Source: a virus. From it: a DNA stretch of 15,813 bases. The DNA is taken from UHGV virus genome UHGV-1805274; one strand, written 5' to 3'. Of the stretch, positions 8,925 to 15,813 are shown piece after piece. Each line of letters begins with the position of its first letter. The first letter of the stretch is position 1. A program made the translations under genes and the position numbers. The notes under the pieces are model-generated. The model was given only the letters and a program-made list of their open reading frames with translations, searched no databases and was not told where the DNA came from.

Positions 8925-9395
8925 TTATTGCCTCAGAGCGGCGCTGACGCGTTTTCTGATGGCATCAAAAATTTCCTGTTCCCCGGTCTTATCCAGCCCC
9001 ATATAAGGACGCGCAGGAACGCCTGCCGGGCGGGGTGCCATATCGGGTGTACCGCCCCACTGATGAATGGCAGCATAAATTTTTGGCGAACCAATCAGGG
9101 CATAATCCTGTCCATAATCGGTGGTAATGCTGCGTGCCAGATCGCCATGCAGGGTAAGAATACTGCCCGGAACAAAACCATGATCCTGACGCCATGCCTG
9201 CCACGAATCGCTCCACGCTTCCCAGCCTTTCCCTGTATCCGGGTCTGCCTGCCGTTCAAATGCCTGTTCCGTGGATGACAGCAGCGCCGCAGCCATCACA
9301 CGGGGAATGGCGCGGTCACGTGTAACGGTTCCCAGTTCATCCAGTGCAAGCTGAATACGTCGCACATCCACGGCAACGTTCATATCAAGACTCAC
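8925..9395 (-). CDS. G: Virion morphogenesis protein G (Mu gp31-like), 156 aa
   Basis: ORF starting at GTG 9395 with strong SD GGAGGTG 5 nt upstream. GTGA overlap with F stop. Size matches Mu G. Confidence 0.78.
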   Translation of the reverse strand: MSLDMNVAVDVRRIQLALDELGTVTRDRAIPRVMAAALLSSTEQAFERQADPDTGKGWEAWSDSWQAWRQDHGFVPGSILTLHGDLARSITTDYGQDYALIGSPKIYAAIHQWGGTPDMAPRPAGVPARPYMGLDKTGEQEIFDAIRKRVSAALRQ

Positions 9396-10711
9396 TTATT
9401 CACCTCCACATGCCCCTCCAGTACGTCAATCATCCCGTCAGCAATCGCGGCTTCAAGCGACTGTGCAGATACGCGGCTGATACTGACCAGCACATCCGCA
9501 CGGTCATTCTGTCTGCCGACTGTCTGTGATGTTCTGACCACAATCCGGGCCATGCCGTCACGGGTTGCCACGACATACAGCAACTGGTGGTTCTCCCTGT
9601 CCCACAATACCGCCTGTGGTTTTGCCATCAGCGACGGCAGACGCTGTAAATCCTCCGGTTTCAGGGCGGCATCAGAAGTGGTCGCCAGACTTTTCCCGTT
9701 CATCACAAGCAGACGGGCTGGCATATTCCCGGTGCGCTGATATACGGCCTCCGCCACGGATCCCGTCATAAAACCCAGCGCACGGACCTCATGTCCTGCC
9801 CGGCGTGATTTCGCCAGACGTTTAAGCCAGAGGGAAAAAGCAAGCTGACGCTCCCGGCTGTTATTCAGCGTCTGAACAACCTGCTCACGCAGCTGCGCGT
9901 CACGAACTTCCACCAGTTTTCGAATCAGTGCCTGATCCGTACCAAATGCCGCCGAACCGGGGTTATATGACCAGCCCACATCTGGCGTCATTTTTACCCG
10001 ACCGTTGTCAAACGTGGTTGACGATGTGCGGAAAATCTCTCCGGTGCTTTCATCCGTACCGGCATCCACTTCGCGGGTATTCATGAATGACGCACCATAA
10101 CTGACCTGTAGCCCCAGTTCTTTCATGCGGGCCGCAGACAGCGCCCGGACGCGACAGCGGCAGTTCCAGCCATTGGGCGGGTAATGCGTCTGCCAGAAAA
10201 TGTCGTCATACTGGAAAACCATATTGTGCAGCCGCGCATGTTCCGGGCGTGTTCTGCCATCCATAACGGCAACGTACTGCCAGTACGGGTACAAATCGGC
10301 GGTATTCATCATCTGCGCATAACGTCCTGCCCCATACGCCGTACGGGTATTGACGTTATAAATGGTTGCCAGACGACGCGGACTACCCAGCTCGATTACC
10401 TTCGCGTTTCCCTCTGCATCCACGATGATTTGTTTTCCCCACCATCCGAGTTTTTGCAGCCGGGGGGCCAGTGTGCGGGTAAATTCCTCACGGGTGATGC
10501 CTTCACTGACAGCCCGCTCCACTTCCTCACGGATTGTGGTCAGGACATCCATCCGGGTGGCTTTGGCAACGGTAAAGGCGCGGGCGTGCGCGTCTGCCAG
10601 TTGTTCGTACCAGTTCCAGGTGATGTTGTAGCCTTTGGCGCGGAAATACGCGACAGCCTCCTTTGGCGGGAGGCGTGCGGCATACGCCAGATCAATGGTC
10701 TGCTGCGGCAT
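9392..10711 (-). CDS. F: Minor head/virion morphogenesis protein F (MuF family, Mu gp30-like)
   Basis: ORF containing the MuF-family motif (...HYPPNGWNCRCRVRAL...). Start placed at ATG 10711 (MPQQTIDL...) with GGGGG SD. Track ORF extends to GTG 10747; either start overlaps the portal stop at 10692..10694. Confidence 0.8.
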   Translation of the reverse strand: MPQQTIDLAYAARLPPKEAVAYFRAKGYNITWNWYEQLADAHARAFTVAKATRMDVLTTIREEVERAVSEGITREEFTRTLAPRLQKLGWWGKQIIVDAEGNAKVIELGSPRRLATIYNVNTRTAYGAGRYAQMMNTADLYPYWQYVAVMDGRTRPEHARLHNMVFQYDDIFWQTHYPPNGWNCRCRVRALSAARMKELGLQVSYGASFMNTREVDAGTDESTGEIFRTSSTTFDNGRVKMTPDVGWSYNPGSAAFGTDQALIRKLVEVRDAQLREQVVQTLNNSRERQLAFSLWLKRLAKSRRAGHEVRALGFMTGSVAEAVYQRTGNMPARLLVMNGKSLATTSDAALKPEDLQRLPSLMAKPQAVLWDRENHQLLYVVATRDGMARIVVRTSQTVGRQNDRADVLVSISRVSAQSLEAAIADGMIDVLEGHVEVNK

Positions 10712-12230
10712 CCAGACGCCCCCATATATCGGCAACAAAAATGGCACGGGTCAGCATGTCGATAAGTTCTGCATCATCCATCTGCGGATATAATGAAGCG
10801 GCTTTGTTCATGGCGGCTTCCGGGCCATCTTTCAGCACAGAAAAAATGACGGGTTTCAGCAGGGGGTCAACCGAACGCTGCCAGTCTTCCGGTGAGACGC
10901 CCATCCGGTCGATATCATCCTCCTGCGGGATATCTTCAGCGGATAATGCGGCCTCTTTCTGCGAACCGTTATCCGGGACAACCGGTTGTATAGTAAACAC
11001 GGCTTCATCACCGACCGGCTGTGGAATATGAAGTTTTTCCTGTATCCAGGAGACCGGAATACGCATTCCCGCCGCCAGTTTCGGAATGGCGTCAGACAGT
11101 GCCGTAATATCACCCGCTTCACTGGTATCAAATACAATGCCCGGCAGGCGGTTAATATCAATGGTGCTGTCACTGTTCAGTGCCAGCAGGGGATAAATCA
11201 GGTCACGGTTAATACTGCGGGCAAGCTGGCCCACATCCGCATTACGGATTTCCCGGCGAACCTCATCATGCACTTCACCCAGCGACCGCGCACCTTTATC
11301 GCCAGCCTCTGTGGTCAGGGTGCCGCCCAGAATGGCTTTTGAAATCGCTTTTTCTGCCCAGCCAATCATCGCCATAAAAGGGTCTGACTGACCATCTGCG
11401 GCGCTCTGAAAATCCAGCGTCATCCCCATCGGAATAATGCCACCGGCACGTCGCCCGATATCCATCACGGCCTGCATCAGCGTGGCTTTCTCGCGGTTCG
11501 TTGAGCCGGTCGGATATTTACCGACGCGCATGGGGAGTCCGTAAATTTCCAGAAACTCTGCAAAATCACGCACGGAATAGTTTTTAAAAATAAAAGGCCA
11601 GATAAGCGTGCGCACAAGGCCATTGGTGCCGACATACCCGGTGCGGGATTTGGCCCGGTGCATAAACCAGCCGAACGGTTGCAGCTCCAGCCCGTGATAA
11701 GACGCATCACGCAGGCGTAATTCGTTCAGATTGTCGGGGTTCGCGCAGAACAGCGCCGGATCGCGATGATGCAGCGCCACCGGCACGCGCATTTTCCCCA
11801 GCCAGCCCCATTCAATCTCCTGCATGGAATAGCCCTTGAGAATGGCATCACCGGCATCAAACAGGGCATCTTCAAACCACGCCGCATCATGCAGATATTC
11901 ATTCAGCATGTCGGCGTCTTTTTTCTCCTGTGCGCTGGCATCACGTGCCGGAGCGATGCGCCATTCCAGCGCCTGAATGGCAAGGCGGCGTTTGCTCAGT
12001 TCGGAAAAAAGGTGGGTGTCCTTTTCTTCCATATCAAAGGCCAGGTCAGCCTGTGCTGTCAGATCACCGCGTTCGGCATCACGCAGCATCTGCGCGGCCC
12101 GGTTCGGCGTCACACCACTGGAAGGATGCTCCTGCGTACGCTTCATGACCATTGCCAGCTCATCGCTGCGGGTCTGCATTTCATCGTCAAAATCAAACGG
12201 CTGCCCGGAAATATCCAGAATACGGCCCAT
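10692..12230 (-). CDS. H: Portal protein (Mu H / gp29-like), 512 aa
   Basis: 512-aa ORF immediately downstream of large terminase with TAATG stop/start overlap. SD GAGGGGG upstream. Acidic C-terminus typical of portals. Confidence 0.88.
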   Translation of the reverse strand: MGRILDISGQPFDFDDEMQTRSDELAMVMKRTQEHPSSGVTPNRAAQMLRDAERGDLTAQADLAFDMEEKDTHLFSELSKRRLAIQALEWRIAPARDASAQEKKDADMLNEYLHDAAWFEDALFDAGDAILKGYSMQEIEWGWLGKMRVPVALHHRDPALFCANPDNLNELRLRDASYHGLELQPFGWFMHRAKSRTGYVGTNGLVRTLIWPFIFKNYSVRDFAEFLEIYGLPMRVGKYPTGSTNREKATLMQAVMDIGRRAGGIIPMGMTLDFQSAADGQSDPFMAMIGWAEKAISKAILGGTLTTEAGDKGARSLGEVHDEVRREIRNADVGQLARSINRDLIYPLLALNSDSTIDINRLPGIVFDTSEAGDITALSDAIPKLAAGMRIPVSWIQEKLHIPQPVGDEAVFTIQPVVPDNGSQKEAALSAEDIPQEDDIDRMGVSPEDWQRSVDPLLKPVIFSVLKDGPEAAMNKAASLYPQMDDAELIDMLTRAIFVADIWGRLDAAADH

Positions 12231-13885
12231 TACCAGCCCCCTCGTTCAAACTGGTGATAATCATCAAAATCATCGTTATCAACACCATCACCACGGTGGC
12301 GTGGTGGCAGCGCCTGTATGCTGTCCTCGTCGATAACAAAACCATTCATATAAGACGCCCTGACAGCCATACAGAGCGCCACGGCAAAGTCGCCATGTCG
12401 TCGGCCTTTACCGCCTTCGTCTTTTGTGCGCCCCTTATCAATCTGCGGAATACCTTTGTCCACCTTGATGTGGAGCAGGTCATCAAGTGTGGTCTGGTGC
12501 CGGGCAATCGTGATGTTCTGCGCTTCAAACTCGCCTTTCAGTTTCGGCATCCACTCCTGATACCAGGATGCGGTCAGATTCACACAGTCGATCATCTCCG
12601 GGCCATAAATCAGACGGGCGGCTTCTGCCAGATAACCGCCGTTACCGGTGGCATCAAATGCAGCGCCGGTAAAACGGGGCAAACGGGACAGAATGAATAA
12701 AAGGATTTGTCGCTGCTGGTCATAGGTCACATTACGCAGCTCCACGCGGAAACATTCGTGTTTGCGTAAGTCAGGAGTGATGGCAAGCGGCACAAACACC
12801 GTCAGGTCGCCACGGCGTGCAAAGTCTTCGCCCAGTACGTGTTTATTGAGCGGCGACAGCGCATCGAGCAACGGGAGCAGCTCCTGTTCACACCAGTCCT
12901 GAACGATGCCGTGGCGCATTTGTGGTGTCAGCGATTCAAAATCGTCCGGGGCTTCAAAACGCAGAATCGGGATATCCCGCGCTGGCGTCATGGCGGCTTC
13001 AATCAGCACGCGTGACAGATAAGCGCCCCCGGATTTTTTAGGAATGCAGCCGTATTCCTCGTCGGCACTCTCTTTATTCGGCGCATTCCGGTACAGGCCA
13101 TCACGCCAGGCTTTTTCCGCTTCCGGCGACCACGACTGATTCGTGACGTAACAGATACGCCGGTACAGTCCGTCAGCGATGGCATCATCCAGCGTGATGC
13201 GGTGAACGCTGTAATCCTTGCGCCCCTCGCGCGCATCCTGAATGTACTGGTTAAACAGGTTATCGACGCCGTTATGTGTCGATATGATCCGCACGCGGGC
13301 ACCCCACATGGTGAGCGCAAAAGCCGCTTTCAGGAGTTCGTCCAGGGCTTCATGAAATGCCGCCTCATCAATCACCACGTCCCCCTGCAAACCACGCAGG
13401 TTAGACGGACGGCTTGACAGCGCCTGCACCTTAAATCCGCTGTTCGGAAAGCGGATCATGTAGGTGAGGATTTCTTCTTTTTTGTCGCTGTCCCAGAAGG
13501 TCTGCTCCCATACGTCAGCCTTTGCCAGCTGGTTAAAGGCGCGGGCAAACAGGGCACAGGCGGCAATGTATTCCAGCGCCATTTCCTGACGAGAACCCAC
13601 ATAAAAGACGTTGCGACCACCGCGACGCCTCGGCTTTGCGGCCGTCATGACATTGCGGCCCGCTTCGGCCCATGTCAGACCGGTACGACGGGATTTTTCA
13701 GCGATGCAAATCTGGCTTTCATCCTCAAACCAGCGGCGCTGATAGCCCAGAAAAACCGGTTCATTGCGGGGCTGTGCTTCCCCGATATCGGTCACGATAT
13801 TCACGCCGAGCAGTCCGGCTTCCTCACGCAGGTTGATTTTGCGGGGGGCATGAAGGGCTTTAAGGTTGTTTTCTCTGGTGTTCAT
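12230..13885 (-). CDS. Terminase large subunit (Mu gp28-like), about 551 aa
   Basis: Long ORF between small terminase and portal. Start placed at ATG 13885 (MNTRENN...), 7 nt after the small terminase stop, with GAGAGGG upstream. Track ORF begins at 13972 but that extension overlaps the small terminase gene. Confidence 0.85.
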   Translation of the reverse strand: MNTRENNLKALHAPRKINLREEAGLLGVNIVTDIGEAQPRNEPVFLGYQRRWFEDESQICIAEKSRRTGLTWAEAGRNVMTAAKPRRRGGRNVFYVGSRQEMALEYIAACALFARAFNQLAKADVWEQTFWDSDKKEEILTYMIRFPNSGFKVQALSSRPSNLRGLQGDVVIDEAAFHEALDELLKAAFALTMWGARVRIISTHNGVDNLFNQYIQDAREGRKDYSVHRITLDDAIADGLYRRICYVTNQSWSPEAEKAWRDGLYRNAPNKESADEEYGCIPKKSGGAYLSRVLIEAAMTPARDIPILRFEAPDDFESLTPQMRHGIVQDWCEQELLPLLDALSPLNKHVLGEDFARRGDLTVFVPLAITPDLRKHECFRVELRNVTYDQQRQILLFILSRLPRFTGAAFDATGNGGYLAEAARLIYGPEMIDCVNLTASWYQEWMPKLKGEFEAQNITIARHQTTLDDLLHIKVDKGIPQIDKGRTKDEGGKGRRHGDFAVALCMAVRASYMNGFVIDEDSIQALPPRHRGDGVDNDDFDDYHQFERGGW

Positions 13886-13892
13886 AACCCTC

Positions 13893-14468
13893 TCATGCCT
13901 TACCCAGCAGTACATCACGGATACGCTGCTCCAGCTCTTCGCTGATGCCATCCTGCCCGCGCAGTTCTTCACTCACGGCGTTTGCCGCTTCTTCTGCGAA
14001 TGCCTGGCGGATTTCTTTCTCGCGCCGGTGGCTGGACATTGCCGTGGATTCCAGACGCTGTGCCGCCAGCATGGCATTTTTCAGCAGGTCAATATCCACG
14101 TCAGATTCCGGGTTTTCGATTTGCCGCATCATGGCCTTAAAAAGCTGGCTGCGGGCCATTTCCAGAATCAGCTTTGTGGTTTCTCCCATTGGCTTGTCGC
14201 CAAGTTCTGCGGTCAGTGCTGACGTCATTTCACGCATCTGTCGCAGGTTATGGCCTACCTGCTCGACGTTCGTCGCGTAACGGTTCAGACCGGAACGGGA
14301 GAGTTTCATCTCATCCGGCAGGCCAGCGTCTTCAATCAGTACGTTAATTTCTTCCAGAATGCGGGCCTGTGGGATCGCTTTATCACGCAGCATTTCATGC
14401 AGCGTTTTACGTACGTTTTCCGGCAGTAAATCCACTTTTGAAGCCCGGCCCCGTGTTTTCCTGTCCAT
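13893..14468 (-). CDS. Terminase small subunit-like protein (Mu gp27 position), about 191 aa
   Basis: ORF directly upstream of large terminase. Start placed at ATG 14468 (MDRKTRGRASKV...), preceded by SD AGGAGG with 4-nt spacer. Track start 14483 lacks an SD. Basic N-terminus consistent with DNA binding. Confidence 0.65.
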   Translation of the reverse strand: MDRKTRGRASKVDLLPENVRKTLHEMLRDKAIPQARILEEINVLIEDAGLPDEMKLSRSGLNRYATNVEQVGHNLRQMREMTSALTAELGDKPMGETTKLILEMARSQLFKAMMRQIENPESDVDIDLLKNAMLAAQRLESTAMSSHRREKEIRQAFAEEAANAVSEELRGQDGISEELEQRIRDVLLGKA

Positions 14469-14479
14469 CACGCCTCCTG

Positions 14480-14770
14480 TCATGCACGGGGACGAGGACG
14501 CTTGACACCGGCAACGCGGGCACGACCTTCTGCCACATCCTGACCTCGGGAGGTCAGCGTTACGACATAAAAGCCGCGCAGGTTTTCCACGGTGACCAGT
14601 TGCTGCTCTGCCAGCCAGTCAATCTGGCCGCGAACCACATCGCGGGAAACGTTGTGTCCGTATGCATCCAGACAGTCCTGAAGGATGGATTCGTTTGCTT
14701 CGTTATTGCAGTCCATCAGGGAACGCAGGATGACCAGACGACGGTCTTCGGTCAGAATATCGTTAATCAT
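14480..14770 (-). CDS. Small phage protein (Mu gp26 position), 96 aa; possible DNA-binding fold
   Basis: ORF with SD GGAG 6 nt upstream. ATGA overlap with upstream gene stop. Basic Arg/Pro-rich C-terminal tail. Function unknown. Confidence 0.6.
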   Translation of the reverse strand: MINDILTEDRRLVILRSLMDCNNEANESILQDCLDAYGHNVSRDVVRGQIDWLAEQQLVTVENLRGFYVVTLTSRGQDVAEGRARVAGVKRPRPRA

Positions 14771-15066
14771 GAATTACTCCGGTTTACTGCGTTTTCAAGC
14801 AGCAGCTCCAGTTGATGGGAAAATGACTGCACCCGCTGGGACAGCACCCGGATATCGCCGGACAGCTCTGCAATTCGCAGGCGCATTTCGTGTACATCTT
14901 CTGTGCCAGGGATGCTGGCGTAGCGGGTTTCCATTTCGGTCATCCGGTTTTCAAGACGCTCCACACGCTCAGTGCTGGCAAAACTACGACGCATTGCCCA
15001 GACGGCCCCACCGGCCACAACAGGCAACAGGTAAGGCCATAACGCTAAAACTGAAATCAAATCCAT
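14767..15066 (-). CDS. Membrane-anchored coiled-coil protein (Mu gp25 position; possibly the lysis 'releasin'), about 99 aa
   Basis: N-terminal hydrophobic segment (LISVLALWPYLLPVVAGGAVWA) followed by charged helical region. Start ATG 15066 with SD GGAG, overlapping the zinc-finger gene stop (TAATG). Track start at 15084 is a GTG without SD. Confidence 0.6.
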   Translation of the reverse strand: MDLISVLALWPYLLPVVAGGAVWAMRRSFASTERVERLENRMTEMETRYASIPGTEDVHEMRLRIAELSGDIRVLSQRVQSFSHQLELLLENAVNRSNS

Positions 15067-15260
15067 TATTCTGCTCCACGGCACCAGTGGCAGTAGTTCG
15101 CCATCGGCTGCTGTCTCAGCACATCAGGCCGCAGCTCACGACCGCAACCGGCACACAATACAGGCGGGTCATACGCCGCCGGGCGGGGAATATCACGGGT
15201 ATCCCCCTGCCAGAGTTCAGCGAGCAGCAGCGCCACCGCCCGGTTCTGGTCTTCGTTCAT
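15066..15260 (-). CDS. TraR/DksA-family C4 zinc-finger protein, 64 aa
   Basis: Motif CAGC-x17-CHWC (CxxC-x17-CxxC), the spacing of TraR/DksA C4 zinc fingers. Acidic N-terminus (MNEDQN...). SD AAGGAAAG upstream of the ATG at 15260. Confidence 0.7.
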   Translation of the reverse strand: MNEDQNRAVALLLAELWQGDTRDIPRPAAYDPPVLCAGCGRELRPDVLRQQPMANYCHWCRGAE

Positions 15261-15573
15261 AAATTTCTTTCCTTCGGGTCTCCTGTTCCCGGACTGATGC
15301 CTTGTCGCGGTTGCACTGCCCGAGCGCCATCAACAGGTCAGCATTCCAGAGAAGGGATGCTCCCCACGTCAGGGGCTGTGGCATGGGCGGAACGGGCGTT
15401 GCTTCCGTCAGTTCTGCATCAGTTTCGGGCAGGATCACCACCGATGGCACGGGTGCGTTTTTCGAGTTCCCGCAACCTGTCAGCAGCAACGGCAGGCACA
15501 GGACGAGTGCTGCAATTGTCACCGGTAATGGCGGTTGTAATTTTTTGTTTTGCATCATGATGTTCTGTCTCAT
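15217..15573 (-). CDS. Outer-membrane lipoprotein, probable o-spanin (Rz1-like)
   Basis: Signal peptide with lipobox LLLTGC (MRQNIMMQNKKLQPPLPVTIAALVLCLPLLLTGCGNS...). Pro-rich mature region with a single later Cys. Starts inside and extends beyond the overlapping Rz-like frame. Start uncertain (15573 or 15558), weak SD. The track extension to 15741 runs into the palindrome and is not credible. Confidence 0.6.
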   Translation of the reverse strand: MRQNIMMQNKKLQPPLPVTIAALVLCLPLLLTGCGNSKNAPVPSVVILPETDAELTEATPVPPMPQPLTWGASLLWNADLLMALGQCNRDKASVREQETRRKEIYERRPEPGGGAAAR

Positions 15574-15716
15574 CTGCCAGCCGCGCGGCACGATTTGCGG
15601 CACGGATAGCGGAAAATACCTGCATCGTCTGTTCCTGACCGTGTAACAACCATTCAGCCGTGTTGCGGGCCTGTTGCTCCGTCTGTAATTCACGGCGCAG
15701 CGTCTGGTTATCGTGG
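15419..15716 (-). CDS. Probable i-spanin (Rz-like) C-terminal part; 5' end lost in or beyond the terminal palindrome
   Basis: Frame open from at least 15716 to stop at 15419, encoding a charged coiled-coil-like sequence (...QTLRRELQTEQQARNTAEWLLHGQEQT...AADRLRELEKRTRAI...). Overlaps the lipoprotein gene in another frame. N-terminal TMD not visible. Confidence 0.45.
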
Positions 15717-15813
15717 CGGGGGGGGGGCCGCCCCCCGCCACGATAGCCAGGCGCTGCGCCGGGAATTACAGACGGAGCAACAGGCCCGCAACACGGCTGA
15801 ATGGTTGTTACAC
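15641..15813. repeat. 173-bp near-perfect palindrome (inverted duplication) with G10/C6 centre at the window edge; probably an assembly/sequencing artefact
   Basis: 15763..15813 is the exact reverse complement of 15641..15691. Inner arms pair with four mismatches (15692/15762, 15703/15751, 15708/15746, 15724/15730), each with G on the plus strand at the right-arm position. G10 run at 15718..15727. Confidence 0.9.

Larger units (their letters stand above)
1..15813 (-). mobile_element. Late morphogenesis/lysis region of a Mu-like transposable phage (prophage); phage ends and early region not in window
   Basis: Uninterrupted minus-strand gene array whose order and product sizes match phage Mu gp23-gp43 (sheath 495 aa, tube 118 aa, major head 305 aa, protease/scaffold 361 aa, portal 512 aa). 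MuF-type motif (NCRC) in F. Overlapping stop/start codons typical of phage late operons. Identification is from memory of Mu, not a search. Confidence 0.8.

Noticed and set aside
8806-8946. 46-codon plus-strand ORF in the G-I intergenic gap (MEKESERKIKRDSYTVKYRFKNPVARFKK...)
   Set aside because: No convincing SD, it runs antisense into the 3' end of G, and it is short. More likely a chance ORF in an A/T-rich regulatory region. A small divergent gene cannot be fully excluded.
12230-13972. N-terminal 29-codon extension of the large terminase ORF (track start 13972)
   Set aside because: The extension overlaps the C-terminus of the small terminase gene in another frame. The ATG at 13885, just after the small terminase stop, is the more plausible start.
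14685-15560. 291-aa plus-strand ORF antisense to the lysis cassette
   Set aside because: Antisense to four coupled minus-strand genes. Arg/Pro/Ser-rich low-complexity translation.
15574-15741. N-terminal extension of the lipoprotein ORF to 15741 (MAGGGPPP...)
   Set aside because: The extension begins inside the poly-G/poly-C centre of the terminal palindrome and has no signal-peptide logic. The signal peptide and lipobox begin at about 15573.
15641-15813. Hairpin telomere or genuine regulatory cruciform at the window edge
   Set aside because: Mu-like phages replicate by transposition and have no hairpin telomeres. The right arm destroys a coding frame, and the mismatches are all G calls. 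Artefact is the simpler explanation.
1-15813. CRISPR arrays, tRNA or other structured RNA genes, integrase or transposase genes
   Set aside because: I saw no regularly spaced direct repeats, no tRNA-like structure in the small non-coding gaps, and no recombinase-like ORF. The Mu transposase genes and phage ends would lie outside this window.

Overview
The window is essentially one contiguous late (lysis, packaging, head, tail) gene block of a Mu-like transposable phage or prophage, with every supported gene on the minus strand. Gene order and protein sizes are collinear with phage Mu gp23 to gp43; this match is from memory of Mu, not from a database search. Reading right to left: partial Rz-like i-spanin, o-spanin lipoprotein, TraR/DksA-type zinc-finger protein, gp25-like membrane protein, gp26-like protein, small and large terminase, portal (H), F, G, a 196-bp non-coding gap (candidate late promoter), I protease/scaffold with a possible nested Z start, major head T, a terminator hairpin, four small head-completion/neck genes, tail sheath L, tail tube M, gp41-like chaperone, tape measure, and the start of N. 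Genes are tightly packed with overlapping stop/start codons. I do not see a convincing novel defence, anti-defence or cargo system; no moron insertion interrupts the structural genes. The observations most worth a second look are: (1) a 173-bp near-perfect palindrome at the right edge with a G10 centre, which I believe is an assembly/sequencing artefact; (2) a 55-codon +1-frame open extension bridging the chaperone-like gene and the tape measure gene, a possible programmed frameshift; (3) a TraR-like zinc-finger gene embedded in the lysis cassette; (4) the C-dependent-type late promoter gap upstream of I. All functional calls rest on position, size and recognisable motifs.
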